Source: Gammaproteobacteria bacterium
GTDB taxonomy: Bacteria > Pseudomonadota > Gammaproteobacteria > Eutrophobiales > Eutrophobiaceae
NCBI GenBank assembly: GCA_965238225.1
Contig: OZ250183.1
Location: forward strand, 320,001-384,000
DNA length: 64,000 nucleotides
Direction: 5' to 3'
The position numbers were made by a program, and so were the translations under genes. Below are positions 1 through 10,041 of the stretch, piece by piece (within the stretch, counting starts at the first letter, position 1; each line of letters opens with the position of its first letter). A model generated the notes under the pieces. It was not told the DNA's origin, ran no database searches, and worked only from the letters and a program-made list of their open reading frames with translations.

Positions 1-2
1 AA

Positions 3-116
3 CAAACCAAAATCGCCAACTTCCTATCTTCAATCGATACCAAAATCGAACAAGTGGGTAAGCAGTTTGTGAGTCAAGCAATTAAAAAAGCCCTGCTCCA
101 GCAGATGTTTGTGTGA
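3..116 (+). CDS. hsdS: Type I R-M specificity subunit, 3' end only (gene starts before the window)
   Basis: Manual translation from nt 3 gives QTKIANFLSSIDTKIEQVGKQFVSQAIKKALLQQMFV*, the typical HsdS C-terminus (EQxKIAxFLSxID...KKALLQQMF); hsdR lies downstream. Confidence 0.88.
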   Translation, partial: QTKIANFLSSIDTKIEQVGKQFVSQAIKKALLQQMFV

Positions 117-127
117 TTTTGTTGCAA

Positions 128-375
128 GATGAATGATAAATCATTGTATCTTGATCAATTGATGAATGATAAATCTATTTGTGCATCAAAAAATAATAGA
201 AATGATACATAAACCATTTTGTTACTCATTGATGAATGATAAATCTATTTGTGCATCAAAAAATAATAGAAATGATACATAAACCATTTTGTTACTCATT
301 GATGAATGATAAATCTATTTGTGCATCAAAAAATTATAAATATAATATACAAATCTATTTATGAATGATAAAATC
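128..375. repeat. 70-bp tandem repeat (two full copies and one partial) plus flanking copies of the core motif
   Basis: Unit gatgaatgataaatctatttgtgcatcaaaaaataatagaaatgatacataaaccattttgttactcatt starts at 161 and 231, with a partial copy at 301-333; the core gatgaatgataaatc recurs at 128 and as a variant at 361. Confidence 0.95.
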
Positions 376-401
376 TTTTTTTTAATATAAAAGAAGGATT
401 T

Positions 402-1517
402 ATGATGCCAGTAGATACGTCAAATTCTGTTTTATACCATCATGGTAAATTTCCACCCGCGCAATTGGATTATACCAAGCTGATTCAGCCCTTAACCAAG
501 GCAACTACAGCATTATCTCGTTATGACCAAATGCTGAGAAATTTACATAATAGCGCCATATTGCTGGTTCCACTTAGACATCAAGAAGCAGTGTTTACAT
601 CTAGAATGGAAGGCACGATCAGCACACTGGATGAAATATTAGAATATGACGCACAAGGCGATGACAAGATAACAAATGTTCGGGATGAGGCAATAGAGAC
701 TTTTCTATATGCTCATTCGTTAAATAAAACACAAAAGGCAATGCAGGACGGACAAGAATTATCCGACTTTTTACTGCGTCAGGCACATCAAGCATTGTTG
801 TCTCTTGGAAGGGGTGTAGATAAAAACCCAGGGCAATTTAAAACTGAACAGAATTATCTGACTGATGGAATTAGATCCAATGTGTCATTCACCCCAATTG
901 CGCCTGAGCACTTGCAAGGCGGATTAGATACGTTGTTTCACTATATTAAAAACGATAGGCAAATCCCTTTGATTAAAGTCGCGCTTGCCCATGTGGAGTT
1001 TGAAGCCTTGCATCCGTTCAAAGACGGTAATGGTCGTATTGGCAGAATGTTAATTACTTTAATGCTTTGGTCGTATGGTTTGATTTCTGAGCCACATTTT
1101 TATATGAGTCATTATTTAGAGAAAAACAAAGATTTGTATATTAATAGAATGCTGGATGTTTCCAGAAACGATAACTGGGATGATTGGTGTGTATTTTTCT
1201 TTAATGCGGTGGAAGAACAAGCGATAAAAAATTTAGAGATCACAGAAAAAATACTTTGCCTGTATAACCAGATGAAAGATTTATTTTCGCAGGCTTTGTC
1301 TTCTAAATGGAGTGTGCAGGTATTGGATGTGATGTTTATAAACCCCATATTTAAAAATAATACTTTAACCAGAATATCAGGCGTATCAAAACAAAGCGCT
1401 AATAGATTTGCCCATGTTTTACTGAAAAAAGAACTAATTAAGATAATTAGAGAGCCATCTGGCAGTCGCGGTGCGATGTATTCATTTGAGCCTTTGTTAG
1501 AATTAGTAAGAGTTTAA
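402..1517 (+). CDS. Fic family protein (N-terminal extension, Fic domain, probable C-terminal HTH)
   Basis: Canonical Fic motif [12 protein letters not shown]; N-terminal autoinhibitory (S/T)xxxE(G/N) motif TSRMEG; C-terminal HTH-like segment ([19 protein letters not shown]). Confidence 0.93.
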   Translation: MMPVDTSNSVLYHHGKFPPAQLDYTKLIQPLTKATTALSRYDQMLRNLHNSAILLVPLRHQEAVFTSRMEGTISTLDEILEYDAQGDDKITNVRDEAIETFLYAHSLNKTQKAMQDGQELSDFLLRQAHQALLSLGRGVDKNPGQFKTEQNYLTDGIRSNVSFTPIAPEHLQGGLDTLFHYIKNDRQIPLIKVALAHVEFEALHPFKDGNGRIGRMLITLMLWSYGLISEPHFYMSHYLEKNKDLYINRMLDVSRNDNWDDWCVFFFNAVEEQAIKNLEITEKILCLYNQMKDLFSQALSSKWSVQVLDVMFINPIFKNNTLTRISGVSKQSANRFAHVLLKKELIKIIREPSGSRGAMYSFEPLLELVRV

Positions 1518-1518
1518 A

Positions 1519-4332
1519 ATGAAACATCAAAGCGAGGCGGCGCTGGAAAGCCAACTGATCACGCAGCTTCAATCACTTGAATATGAGCGTGTTGCTGTAA
1601 CGAATGAGAACGAACTACTTGCTAATCTTAAAACCCAATTAGAAAAACACAACAAAACATCATTTACTGCGAGTGAGTTTAAACGCATAACCAATCATCT
1701 TAATAAAGGCAATGTCTTTGAAAAAGCCAAGATTCTTAGAGACAAGTTTGCGCTGACTCGTGATGATGGTACGAATAGTTATATAGAGTTTCTAGACTCA
1801 GAGCATTGGTGTCAGAATCTGTTTCAAGTAACCAATCAAGTGACGATTGAGGGTACTTATAAGAACCGCTATGATGTCACACTCCTAATCAATGGCTTTC
1901 CACTGGTACAGATTGAACTCAAGCGCAGAGGCATAGAACTTAAGCAAGCGTTTAATCAGATTAACCGCTATCAAAAACATTCATTCCAGTCTAACAGTGC
2001 TTTGTTTGGCTATGTTCAGTTGTTTGTTATCTCCAATGGAGTCAATACCAAGTATTACGCCAACAACAAGAAACAATCGTTTAAGCAGACTTTCTTCTGG
2101 GCGGATGAAAATAACAAGAATATAACCAACCTTGAAGCCTTCACCTATGATTTTTTAGAGCGTTGTCACATCTCTAAGATGATATGTAAATACGTTGTAT
2201 TGGCTGAAACGGATAGGATACTAATGGTGTTGCGTCCGTATCAGTATTACGCAACTGAGGCGATTATTGACAGAGTCCAGAACTCTAATAAAAACGGCTA
2301 TGTCTGGCACACCACGGGCAGTGGTAAAACACTAACTTCCTTTAAGGCAGCACAGATATTAATGAAGCTGCCAGAGGTGTATAAGGTGGTGTTTGTTGTT
2401 GATAGGAAGGACTTAGACTATCAAACCACCAAGGAGTTCAACAGCTTTAGTGATGGCTCTGTAGATGGTACTGACAATACCCGTGCTTTGGTGAAGCAGT
2501 TTGGTGATGATACGCCGTTAATTGTTACCACCATTCAAAAGCTCAACACAGCCATTAGTAAAGAGCGCTACTTATCGACTATGGAGGGTTTAAAAGATAA
2601 GCCTTTAGTTTTTATCTTTGACGAGTGTCATCGCTCACAGTTCGGTGCGACACACCTTAGAATTACCAAGTTCTTCAACAACAACCAGATGGTTGGCTTT
2701 ACAGGCACACCTATCTTCCCTGAGAATGCGGTTGGTAACAAGATGGGCAAGCGAACCACCGCAGAGCTATTTGATGATTGTCTCCATAAGTATGTGATTA
2801 CCGATGCGATTAGTGATGACAATGTTCTAAAGTTCTCCATTGAGTACGTGGGTCGATACAAAGAGAAAGAGGGCGGCACAGTTTATGCGGATGTTGATGT
2901 TGAGAGTATTGATACCAAGGAGCTATTGGAGTCCAATGACAGGCTGAGCAAGATTACTGATTATATTGTTGCTAATCACAATAGAAAGACTCACGACAAG
3001 GCGTTCACTGCAATGATGGCAGTTGGCAGCATTGATGCCTTAACCAAGTACTATGAGTTATTCAAAGCCAAGCAGCACGATTTAAAGATTGCGACTATCT
3101 TTAGTTATAGCGCCAATGAGGACGACAAAGATGCCGATGGCTTGTATGACTCAGACGGCGTTAATGTCAACGAAGACAACATAAATCAGCACAGTAGAGA
3201 CAAGCTAGAGCGCTATATTTCTGACTACAATAAGTTATTCAACACCAGATATACCACCAGAGATTCGCAGAGTTATTACAACTACTACAACGACATATCC
3301 AAGCGAGTAAAGCGTCGTGAGATTGATTTGTTGTTGGTGGTAAATATGTTCTTAACAGGCTTTGACGCGCCAATGCTCAATACCTTGTATATTGATAAGA
3401 ATCTAAAGTATCACGGGCTGATTCAAGCATTCTCAAGAACCAATAGAATTGTTAATGAGAAGAAGTCACAGGGTAATATCGTTAGCTTTAGAAACCTAAA
3501 AGACGCTACTGATGAGGCGATTGCGCTGTTCTCAAATAAGGAGGCTAAAGACATTATCTTAATGAAGCCTTATGAGGAATATGTGAAGCTGTTTAATGAG
3601 GCGTTTATCAATTTAACAAACATCGCACCAAGCGTGAGCAGTGTTGATGGTTTAACTAATGAAGATGAGCAGTTAGAGTTTATTAAAGCGTTCAGAGAGT
3701 TGATGCGCTTGAAGAATGTGTTGAGCGGATTTAGTGACTTTAACTTCTCAGACTTATCGATGGGTGAGCAGCAGTTTGAAGATTACAAGTCGAAGTATCT
3801 TGATCTGTATGAACAGGTGAAGAGCAACAAAGAAGTTGAGAAAGTATCCATTCTTGATGAAGTGGACTTTGAGCTTGAGTTAATCCACAAGGATGAGATT
3901 AACGTGGCGTACATCTTGCGCTTGCTTGCTAAGTACCGTGAAAGTGATACAGCCAAGTACGCTGAGCATAGAAAGAACATTATTAATATCGTTGCTGGGC
4001 AAGAGCATTTGCGTTCCAAGCGTGAGCTGATTGAAGAGTTTATTGATTCGCATTTGATGGGTATTGCTGTTGATGACATTGATGATGAGTTTGAGAAGTT
4101 CTGGGAAGAGCAAAAGGTGGGCGAGTTTGGGATACTGTGTGAAGAAGAAGGCTTGCACGAGGAAGAGGTTAGAGCTGTGGTTGAGACTTATCTATACGAC
4201 CAGCGTAAACCACTGTTAGATGATATTGCTAAAACATTACAGACCAAACCAAAGCTATTTGAACGCAAGAAAATTATTACAAAAGTGCTTGATAAGATTA
4301 TGGGACATATTGAGAAATTTTATGAATTGTAG
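1519..4332 (+). CDS. hsdR: Type I restriction endonuclease subunit R (EcoR124I-like)
   Basis: Nuclease motif [18 protein letters not shown] with QINRY, Walker [14 protein letters not shown] box, FTGTP, MFLTGFD and QAFSRTNR helicase motifs. Confidence 0.96.
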   Translation: MKHQSEAALESQLITQLQSLEYERVAVTNENELLANLKTQLEKHNKTSFTASEFKRITNHLNKGNVFEKAKILRDKFALTRDDGTNSYIEFLDSEHWCQNLFQVTNQVTIEGTYKNRYDVTLLINGFPLVQIELKRRGIELKQAFNQINRYQKHSFQSNSALFGYVQLFVISNGVNTKYYANNKKQSFKQTFFWADENNKNITNLEAFTYDFLERCHISKMICKYVVLAETDRILMVLRPYQYYATEAIIDRVQNSNKNGYVWHTTGSGKTLTSFKAAQILMKLPEVYKVVFVVDRKDLDYQTTKEFNSFSDGSVDGTDNTRALVKQFGDDTPLIVTTIQKLNTAISKERYLSTMEGLKDKPLVFIFDECHRSQFGATHLRITKFFNNNQMVGFTGTPIFPENAVGNKMGKRTTAELFDDCLHKYVITDAISDDNVLKFSIEYVGRYKEKEGGTVYADVDVESIDTKELLESNDRLSKITDYIVANHNRKTHDKAFTAMMAVGSIDALTKYYELFKAKQHDLKIATIFSYSANEDDKDADGLYDSDGVNVNEDNINQHSRDKLERYISDYNKLFNTRYTTRDSQSYYNYYNDISKRVKRREIDLLLVVNMFLTGFDAPMLNTLYIDKNLKYHGLIQAFSRTNRIVNEKKSQGNIVSFRNLKDATDEAIALFSNKEAKDIILMKPYEEYVKLFNEAFINLTNIAPSVSSVDGLTNEDEQLEFIKAFRELMRLKNVLSGFSDFNFSDLSMGEQQFEDYKSKYLDLYEQVKSNKEVEKVSILDEVDFELELIHKDEINVAYILRLLAKYRESDTAKYAEHRKNIINIVAGQEHLRSKRELIEEFIDSHLMGIAVDDIDDEFEKFWEEQKVGEFGILCEEEGLHEEEVRAVVETYLYDQRKPLLDDIAKTLQTKPKLFERKKIITKVLDKIMGHIEKFYEL

Positions 4333-4594
4333 TGTGATGGGTGAGTATCTTATAGATGGCTCTAATATAAAAAGAGCACAGATTAGCTTGAGCAGATGAA
4401 AAAATTACGCCTTAGCGTTTGTAATATTAGAATTAACTGAAAACACCAACTAAAACCTTAAGCTCTTAACTTTATTGTTTTATTGGGTCTAAAGGCTAAC
4501 ACAAGCCCCTAAATATTTTGTATATGTCCGCATTTTATGATAAATTTATAAAGATAGAAATGGTTTTGAAAGTTGTTCTTTATACCGACCCCAG

Positions 4595-4622
4595 TAACAA
4601 TAGTTATTTAACAATAGTTATT
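4595..4622. repeat. 14-bp direct tandem repeat (taacaatagttatt x2)
   Basis: Exact duplication about 30 bp upstream of the ORF at 4652. Confidence 0.7.
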
Positions 4623-4651
4623 CCATAACACCAAAATAATAGGAATTTATT

Positions 4652-4840
4652 ATGCCAGAAAATACTAGAATTACTAGCCCGATTGAAATCAAGGATAATT
4701 CAAGAGAAAGTGTGGCTCTTGAACTTACAAGAGCCATAGCCCACGCAGAAAAATTATTTGATATTCCAAACGAATACCGCAAAAAATTACTAGATTTATA
4801 TGCAGAATGTTTGGATGCAACTAATGGATCTAGAAATTAG
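4652..4840 (+). CDS. Small hypothetical protein (62 aa)
   Basis: ATG preceded by an AGGA Shine-Dalgarno; protein-like helical sequence (RKKLLDLYAECLDA); fills an otherwise empty gap. Confidence 0.6.
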   Translation: MPENTRITSPIEIKDNSRESVALELTRAIAHAEKLFDIPNEYRKKLLDLYAECLDATNGSRN

Positions 4841-4915
4841 AGAGTAGTTGAAATAATTTTAAAAACACCTGATAAATCATCCCAGCGGAAATCTGGCTAT
4901 TGCACTGGCTTGACA

Positions 4916-5791
4916 TTACATTTTTGTAGATAAATATCTTTGCCAATAGATAATGGCCAAAATTAGAAGCAAGGAGAAGGACAAATACCCCATCGTGGGG
5001 TTAATTTGGTTAACCAGAAAATCAAATTGACTTGCGTTGACATACTCACTAAATCTACCCGTTATTTTAACTGTCATGACTATGCCAGCGTGAACACCAA
5101 TGCATAGGGCAATATTACCATTACGTAGACGCATCATTGATAACAGTACGCCTAAAGCAAGCAAAGTCAGAAAGTGATCGATAATATTAAGATAAGAAAA
5201 TTTATAAAGTGCATCTGGTAACATTTCTATGCCTGTGCTCCAGGTAATTTCCGATCCTTCTGGCAGTTTTTTGTATTTAAAGAAATGGACTGCTGCATAA
5301 ACAAAGCTGGTGAGTGATATAGCAATTAAGGCGCTGGTTTTTTTATACAAGCCGCTAAATAATGCACCACGAAAGATAGTCTCTTCGATAAATGCAACCG
5401 CAAAACCCGCCAAGATGGCTTGAATAAATATCAGAAATAGATTAGACAAAAAATAATCCAGATTTGGTTTTATTTGATGAACACCAGATAGGATTAAGAT
5501 TAATTTCAGGGATGCAAAAATCAAGACCCCAACAAAAAATCCTCGCAGTAATTCTTTTAAGAAAATATTCTTTGCAAGCCCAAAACCAAATGCTTGCCTT
5601 GAATATATTTGGTTATATTTTAAATAGATGCCGCTTCCAATAAAACCGCAAAGCAAGGTTGTGTAGTGGGCTAATTTGTGAAAAGGCAAATCAATAAAAT
5701 TTTTTAAAGCGAGGTGTATAGGATACGTCAGCAATGGGCTGATTGTGATGATAAGAAAAATAAGGATGAAAAAAAACAAAATGGGACGCAT
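4916..5791 (-). CDS. CPBP (CAAX/Abi) family intramembrane glutamic endopeptidase
   Basis: Multi-TM protein with EETIFRG, YAAVH and IGVHAG motifs. Confidence 0.9.
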   Translation of the reverse strand: MRPILFFFILIFLIITISPLLTYPIHLALKNFIDLPFHKLAHYTTLLCGFIGSGIYLKYNQIYSRQAFGFGLAKNIFLKELLRGFFVGVLIFASLKLILILSGVHQIKPNLDYFLSNLFLIFIQAILAGFAVAFIEETIFRGALFSGLYKKTSALIAISLTSFVYAAVHFFKYKKLPEGSEITWSTGIEMLPDALYKFSYLNIIDHFLTLLALGVLLSMMRLRNGNIALCIGVHAGIVMTVKITGRFSEYVNASQFDFLVNQINPTMGYLSFSLLLILAIIYWQRYLSTKM

Positions 5792-5836
5792 GAAGGAGAA
5801 TAAATCTTGAAATTATATTGTAAATTTAAGAGTATT

Positions 5837-6015
5837 TTATTGTATCACAGCCTCTCTTGATTCTGCACCATCACCATTGTCTTGCCAGCTTATACGAATA
5901 GTGTCGCCTGATCTTGCGCCCATGAAAGAAAACGACAAATACGGATTTTTTGAAACAGCGCGACTCCAGTCACATGTCATAATGACTTTATCATTATGAT
6001 TTATGGTCACTACTG
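5837..6015 (-). pseudogene. soxZ: soxZ remnant (3' part only)
   Basis: VTINHNDKVIMTCDWSRAVSKNPYLSFSFMGARSGDTIRISWQDNG matches the SoxZ C-terminal half; the N-terminal HPMETG region is absent. Confidence 0.8.
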
Positions 6016-6198
6016 GGAGTGACTCCAAGTCCTGGGAAAAATTCTGATAGAGCATCTGTTTTTGTTTCTGCGTTAAATGAATTTATATGCCAATTGGCAA
6101 AGGCTAAGATAGGCTTTAATAGGCTGCTCACTCTGGCAGCAATAAAGGCGGCATCTCACGTCATTTGTGAAACAAAAATTTTGCGTGTTAATGTGCAT
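6010..6198 (-). pseudogene. soxY: soxY remnant (5' part only, with frameshift and stop)
   Basis: Minus-strand frame reads LTRKIFVSQMT*DAAFIAARVSSLLKPILAFANWHINSFNAETKTDALSEFFPG, resembling the SoxY Tat leader and mature N-terminus (LLxPxxAxAxWxxxAFxAxxxxDAL); abuts the soxZ remnant. Confidence 0.65.
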
Positions 6199-6242
6199 GG
6201 TTATATTTGATTTTTAAGAATCAATTAAATTTTTTTATTCCT

Positions 6243-7688
6243 CTATATTTTGAGGTCTTTTTCAAGATCAATTTCATATTTCAGTTCATCCAATCTTGCC
6301 GTGATGATTTCCCTTTGATAATAATTAAGATAGTTATTTCTTTTTGTATGAAGGAGTTTTTCTATAGCGAGTTTGGTATCACCAGCAAGATAATGATATT
6401 CTGCTTTGGCAATCCCTGAATTTGTCATTGATCCACTTTGTGCCTCAGCTTGCGAGAGCAAATTATAATAATCAGGATCATGATCTTGTATATGGCGGTA
6501 GTGGTTTAATATATTACGTGCCTGCTGTGGTTTTTTGGAATCCAATAATGCTTTTGTGTAGGCAAAAACCAGTGGTCTGTAGTCTGGATATAACTTATAG
6601 GCATTTCGCAAAATGCTGATAGCTGCATTATAATTTCTCTCTTCTGATTCAATGCTTGCAGCAGCGAGTATGTAAGTGATGTTATCTCTATCTTTAACCA
6701 ATAAAAAATTTAGTTGCTCGCGTGCTAGGTTATAGGTGCCATTGTTTATTAGTGCTAATACATAGCCATAACGAACAGGAATTTTATGTTCTTCAAGGGT
6801 GGTTGATAAACGATATTTGAATTCTTTTACTGCATCCTTGGTATTTTTGTAACTGTTAACTTCAAGTTTTGATTTTACCAATTTATAACTATCGGTATTT
6901 ACATGGTTTACTTTTTTATATTTTGATGCTCTGGCTTTTGCCTCAGCAATACGCGAGGCTGTCAGCGGGTGGGTTCTGAGAAATTCGGGGGCATTGCCTT
7001 GATAGTATTCTGATTTTTGTTGTAAGCGCTCAAAAAAACTTGGCATACCCTGTGGATCGTAACCAGAACGCCCAAGCAGTTGCATACCGATACGGTCTGC
7101 TTCTTCTTCATTTGCACGGGTAAAATTAATTTGTGCTTGAATATTTGCGCCAGCGACAACAGTCAAAGCCGCTTTTCCTGCCTCTGGGTTTGCAACAGTT
7201 AATAATATTGCTCCAAGCATCATAGCTGCTTTTGCTAAACCGTACTGTCCTGCTTTTTCAAATTGCCTGGCCAAGTGTCTTTGTGTAACGTGGGTAACTT
7301 CATGTGCCAGAACACCTGCCAGTTCATTTTCGTTTCTTGAGCTTAGAATTGTGCCACTATTTATGCCGATAATGCCTCCTGGCGCAGCAAAAGCATTGAT
7401 GTTTGGGTTATCAACAACAAAGAAAGTAAATTTCAAGCTATTATTGTCACTGTTAGCGACCAATCGATAGCCAATTGAGTCGATATATGTTTGTACTTCC
7501 GGATCATCTATTATGGTGGCGTTCTGTCTAACGTTACGCATGAAGGCCTTGCCAAGACGCCGTTCAAATTCTGGCGATATGGCGCTACCTGATGAATCAC
7601 CTATATCAGGCAAATCAAACGAGTCGACAGCCTGACTAATATTGCTTGTTAGCAACAGGAGTACAAGAATGTAATAATTAAATTTCAT
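6243..7688 (-). CDS. bepA: M48 family periplasmic metalloprotease with TPR region (BepA/YfgC)
   Basis: Signal peptide, LPDIGDS, INAFAAPGG, HEVTH zinc motif, FTRANEEEADRIG, PEFLRTHP. Confidence 0.92.
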   Translation of the reverse strand: MKFNYYILVLLLLTSNISQAVDSFDLPDIGDSSGSAISPEFERRLGKAFMRNVRQNATIIDDPEVQTYIDSIGYRLVANSDNNSLKFTFFVVDNPNINAFAAPGGIIGINSGTILSSRNENELAGVLAHEVTHVTQRHLARQFEKAGQYGLAKAAMMLGAILLTVANPEAGKAALTVVAGANIQAQINFTRANEEEADRIGMQLLGRSGYDPQGMPSFFERLQQKSEYYQGNAPEFLRTHPLTASRIAEAKARASKYKKVNHVNTDSYKLVKSKLEVNSYKNTKDAVKEFKYRLSTTLEEHKIPVRYGYVLALINNGTYNLAREQLNFLLVKDRDNITYILAAASIESEERNYNAAISILRNAYKLYPDYRPLVFAYTKALLDSKKPQQARNILNHYRHIQDHDPDYYNLLSQAEAQSGSMTNSGIAKAEYHYLAGDTKLAIEKLLHTKRNNYLNYYQREIITARLDELKYEIDLEKDLKI

Positions 7689-7825
7689 TGGTAGCTTTGA
7701 GTATATTTTATTTTACAATTTCCGTTCAAATAAATATGAGATTTCAAATATAGAAATGTCTTTATAGGCTATCGTAGGAACAATACCAGTCTATTTCCAC
7801 AAATTATAGGATAATTAATAATCTA

Positions 7826-9091
7826 ATGAGTGAAAGGAAAAATGCTTTTTATGCGCAGTCAGGGGGCGTTACCTCTGTAATTAATGCTACGGCTTGTGGC
7901 GTTATTGAAACTGCACGCTACCATAATGACAAGATTGCTAACGTTTACGCAGGACGCAATGGTATTATTGGTGCACTAACCGAAGAGCTTATTGATACAG
8001 GCAAAGAGTCCGGCGATGCGATTGCGGCACTACGATATACGCCATCTGGTGCCTTTGGTTCCTGTCGTTATAAGCTACAAGACCTTGAAGAAAACAAGGC
8101 TAAATACAAACGTTTGATTGAAGTATTTAGAGCGCACGATATTGGCTATTTCTTTTATAATGGCGGCGGAGATTCCGTTGATACCTGCTACAAGATTTCC
8201 CAACTTTCAGAAAAGATGAATCTCCCAATGCAAGTAATTCATATTCCAAAGACGGTAGATAATGATTTATCTATCACGGATAACTGCCCGGGCTTTGGTT
8301 CTGTTGCTAAATATGTCGCTGTCTCAACCCGTGAGGCTTCTTACGATGTGTTGTCTATGGCCAAAACCTCAACCAAGGTTTTTGTTTTTGAGGTGATGGG
8401 TCGGCACGCAGGCTGGATTGCCGCTGCCGGAGGATTGGCATCTGATGGAGAAAATGATATTCCTGTTGTCATATTATTTCCAGAGGTAGAGTTTAATAAA
8501 GAACGTTTTCTATCATGCGTGAAGAAGAACGTTGAAAGTTACGGTTACTGCACTGTTGTTGTGTCTGAAGGTGTAAAGTGGTCAGATGGAAAGTTTCTTT
8601 CAGAACAAGGCATGCGAGATTCTTTTGGTCATGCCCAACTAGGCGGTGTTGCTCCTGTGATCGCCAATATGATTAAAGATGCCTATGGTTATAAATATCA
8701 TTGGGCAGTGGCAGATTATTTACAACGTTCTGCCAGACATATCGCTTCGAAAACTGATGTTGAACAAGCTTATGCGCTTGGCAAGGCAGCGGTTGAGATG
8801 GTGCTTGCTGGTGAGGATGCCGTTATGCCTACGATAGTTCGTACATCAAATGATCCTTATACATGGGAAGTAGGTAAAACGGATTTGGCTGGTGTTGCTA
8901 ATATCGAGAAGATGGTGCCTCTTGAATATATAAGCGAAGATGGTTTTGGAATTACGGATGCGTGTAGACGTTATTTGACACCGCTCATTGAGGGTGAGGA
9001 TTATCCGCCTTATGAGAACGGCATGCCGAAGTATGTTCGGCTGAAAAATGAAGCAGTTGCTAAGAAGTTAAAGACCGAGTTTAAGGTTTGA
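7826..9091 (+). CDS. pfp: 6-phosphofructokinase, pyrophosphate-dependent type
   Basis: YAQSGGVTSVIN, GGGDS, PKTVDND and EVMGRHAGW motifs; about 420 aa, matching the PPi-dependent gamma/betaproteobacterial clade. Confidence 0.88.
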   Translation: MSERKNAFYAQSGGVTSVINATACGVIETARYHNDKIANVYAGRNGIIGALTEELIDTGKESGDAIAALRYTPSGAFGSCRYKLQDLEENKAKYKRLIEVFRAHDIGYFFYNGGGDSVDTCYKISQLSEKMNLPMQVIHIPKTVDNDLSITDNCPGFGSVAKYVAVSTREASYDVLSMAKTSTKVFVFEVMGRHAGWIAAAGGLASDGENDIPVVILFPEVEFNKERFLSCVKKNVESYGYCTVVVSEGVKWSDGKFLSEQGMRDSFGHAQLGGVAPVIANMIKDAYGYKYHWAVADYLQRSARHIASKTDVEQAYALGKAAVEMVLAGEDAVMPTIVRTSNDPYTWEVGKTDLAGVANIEKMVPLEYISEDGFGITDACRRYLTPLIEGEDYPPYENGMPKYVRLKNEAVAKKLKTEFKV

Positions 9092-9218
9092 CAAATAGTC
9101 CTGTCGTGTGTGGCGCTCGTCACATCAGCCTTTTTGACTGCATTAATGTAATCGGTAGAACGACGCAGGAAGTCGAAACCAAGAGCCAATATCCAGTCAA
9201 TAATCAATATCTTTTTCT

Positions 9219-10034
9219 TTACCTTTGACAAACGGAGCAATAAAAAGAAGAACGCTGTCCGAGTTTGATTTCTTTTATTTTTGATGCGCATTTTGGGCAA
9301 GGCTTGTTTTTCCTTGCGTAGACATTTAATTGTTGTTGAAAATATCCAGGCTTGCCATCTTCGTTCACAAAATCACGCAATGTTGTACCGCCTTGTTTGA
9401 TTGCTTGTTTTAATACGTTTTTTATCGTACTTGCAAGCAGTTTATAACGCTGTTTTGATATATTTCCCGCTTTTCGTTTTGGGTTTATAGCAGAGAGAAA
9501 TAAAGATTCATTGGCGTATATATTGCCGACACCGACAACATGATGGCTATCCATAATAAAATTTTTGATGGCTTGTGTTCTACCTTTTGATCTTTTATAC
9601 AGCCATTCTCCGTTAAAATATCTGCTTAATGGTTCTGGACCAAGATCTTTAATTAATTTATGTTGTAGTGGATCGTTCTTAGTCCAGAGGATCGATCCAA
9701 ATCTACGCGGATCATGAAAACGAAGCATGTTGCCCGATGCAAATAGAATATCAAAATGATCATGTTTTTCTGGTTTTATATCTGAGCTTACGATGCGCAG
9801 GTTACCCGACATACCCAAGTGCATAATCATACATCCGCTGTCTGTATAACAAAGTAGGTATTTCCCACGTCTGTCTATCTTCTGAAATTGTGTGTTTAAT
9901 ATATATTTCTTAAGTGTGTTTGTTATTGGCCAACGTAAGTTTTTATTGCGGATGACAACACCTTTTATCACTTGTCCCGTGATATGAGGCGTGATGCCTA
10001 ATCGGATAGTTTCGACCTCTGGCAATTCTGGCAT
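9219..10034 (-). CDS. mutM: Formamidopyrimidine-DNA glycosylase
   Basis: MPELPEVET N-terminus, HLGMSG, GVGNIYANE, C-terminal zinc finger. Confidence 0.97.
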   Translation of the reverse strand: MPELPEVETIRLGITPHITGQVIKGVVIRNKNLRWPITNTLKKYILNTQFQKIDRRGKYLLCYTDSGCMIMHLGMSGNLRIVSSDIKPEKHDHFDILFASGNMLRFHDPRRFGSILWTKNDPLQHKLIKDLGPEPLSRYFNGEWLYKRSKGRTQAIKNFIMDSHHVVGVGNIYANESLFLSAINPKRKAGNISKQRYKLLASTIKNVLKQAIKQGGTTLRDFVNEDGKPGYFQQQLNVYARKNKPCPKCASKIKEIKLGQRSSFYCSVCQR

Positions 10035-10041
10035 ATGCTAC

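Noticed and set aside
128-375. CRISPR array
   Set aside because: The sequences between core motifs are identical copies rather than unique spacers, and no cas genes are nearby.
4440-4510. Possible attachment-site-like sequence (taactttattgttttattgg) after hsdR
   Set aside because: No tRNA, integrase or second copy in the window supports it.
5837-6055. Intact 72-aa SoxZ as given in the ORF track
   Set aside because: Its first residues derive from out-of-frame soxY sequence and the conserved SoxZ N-terminus is absent.
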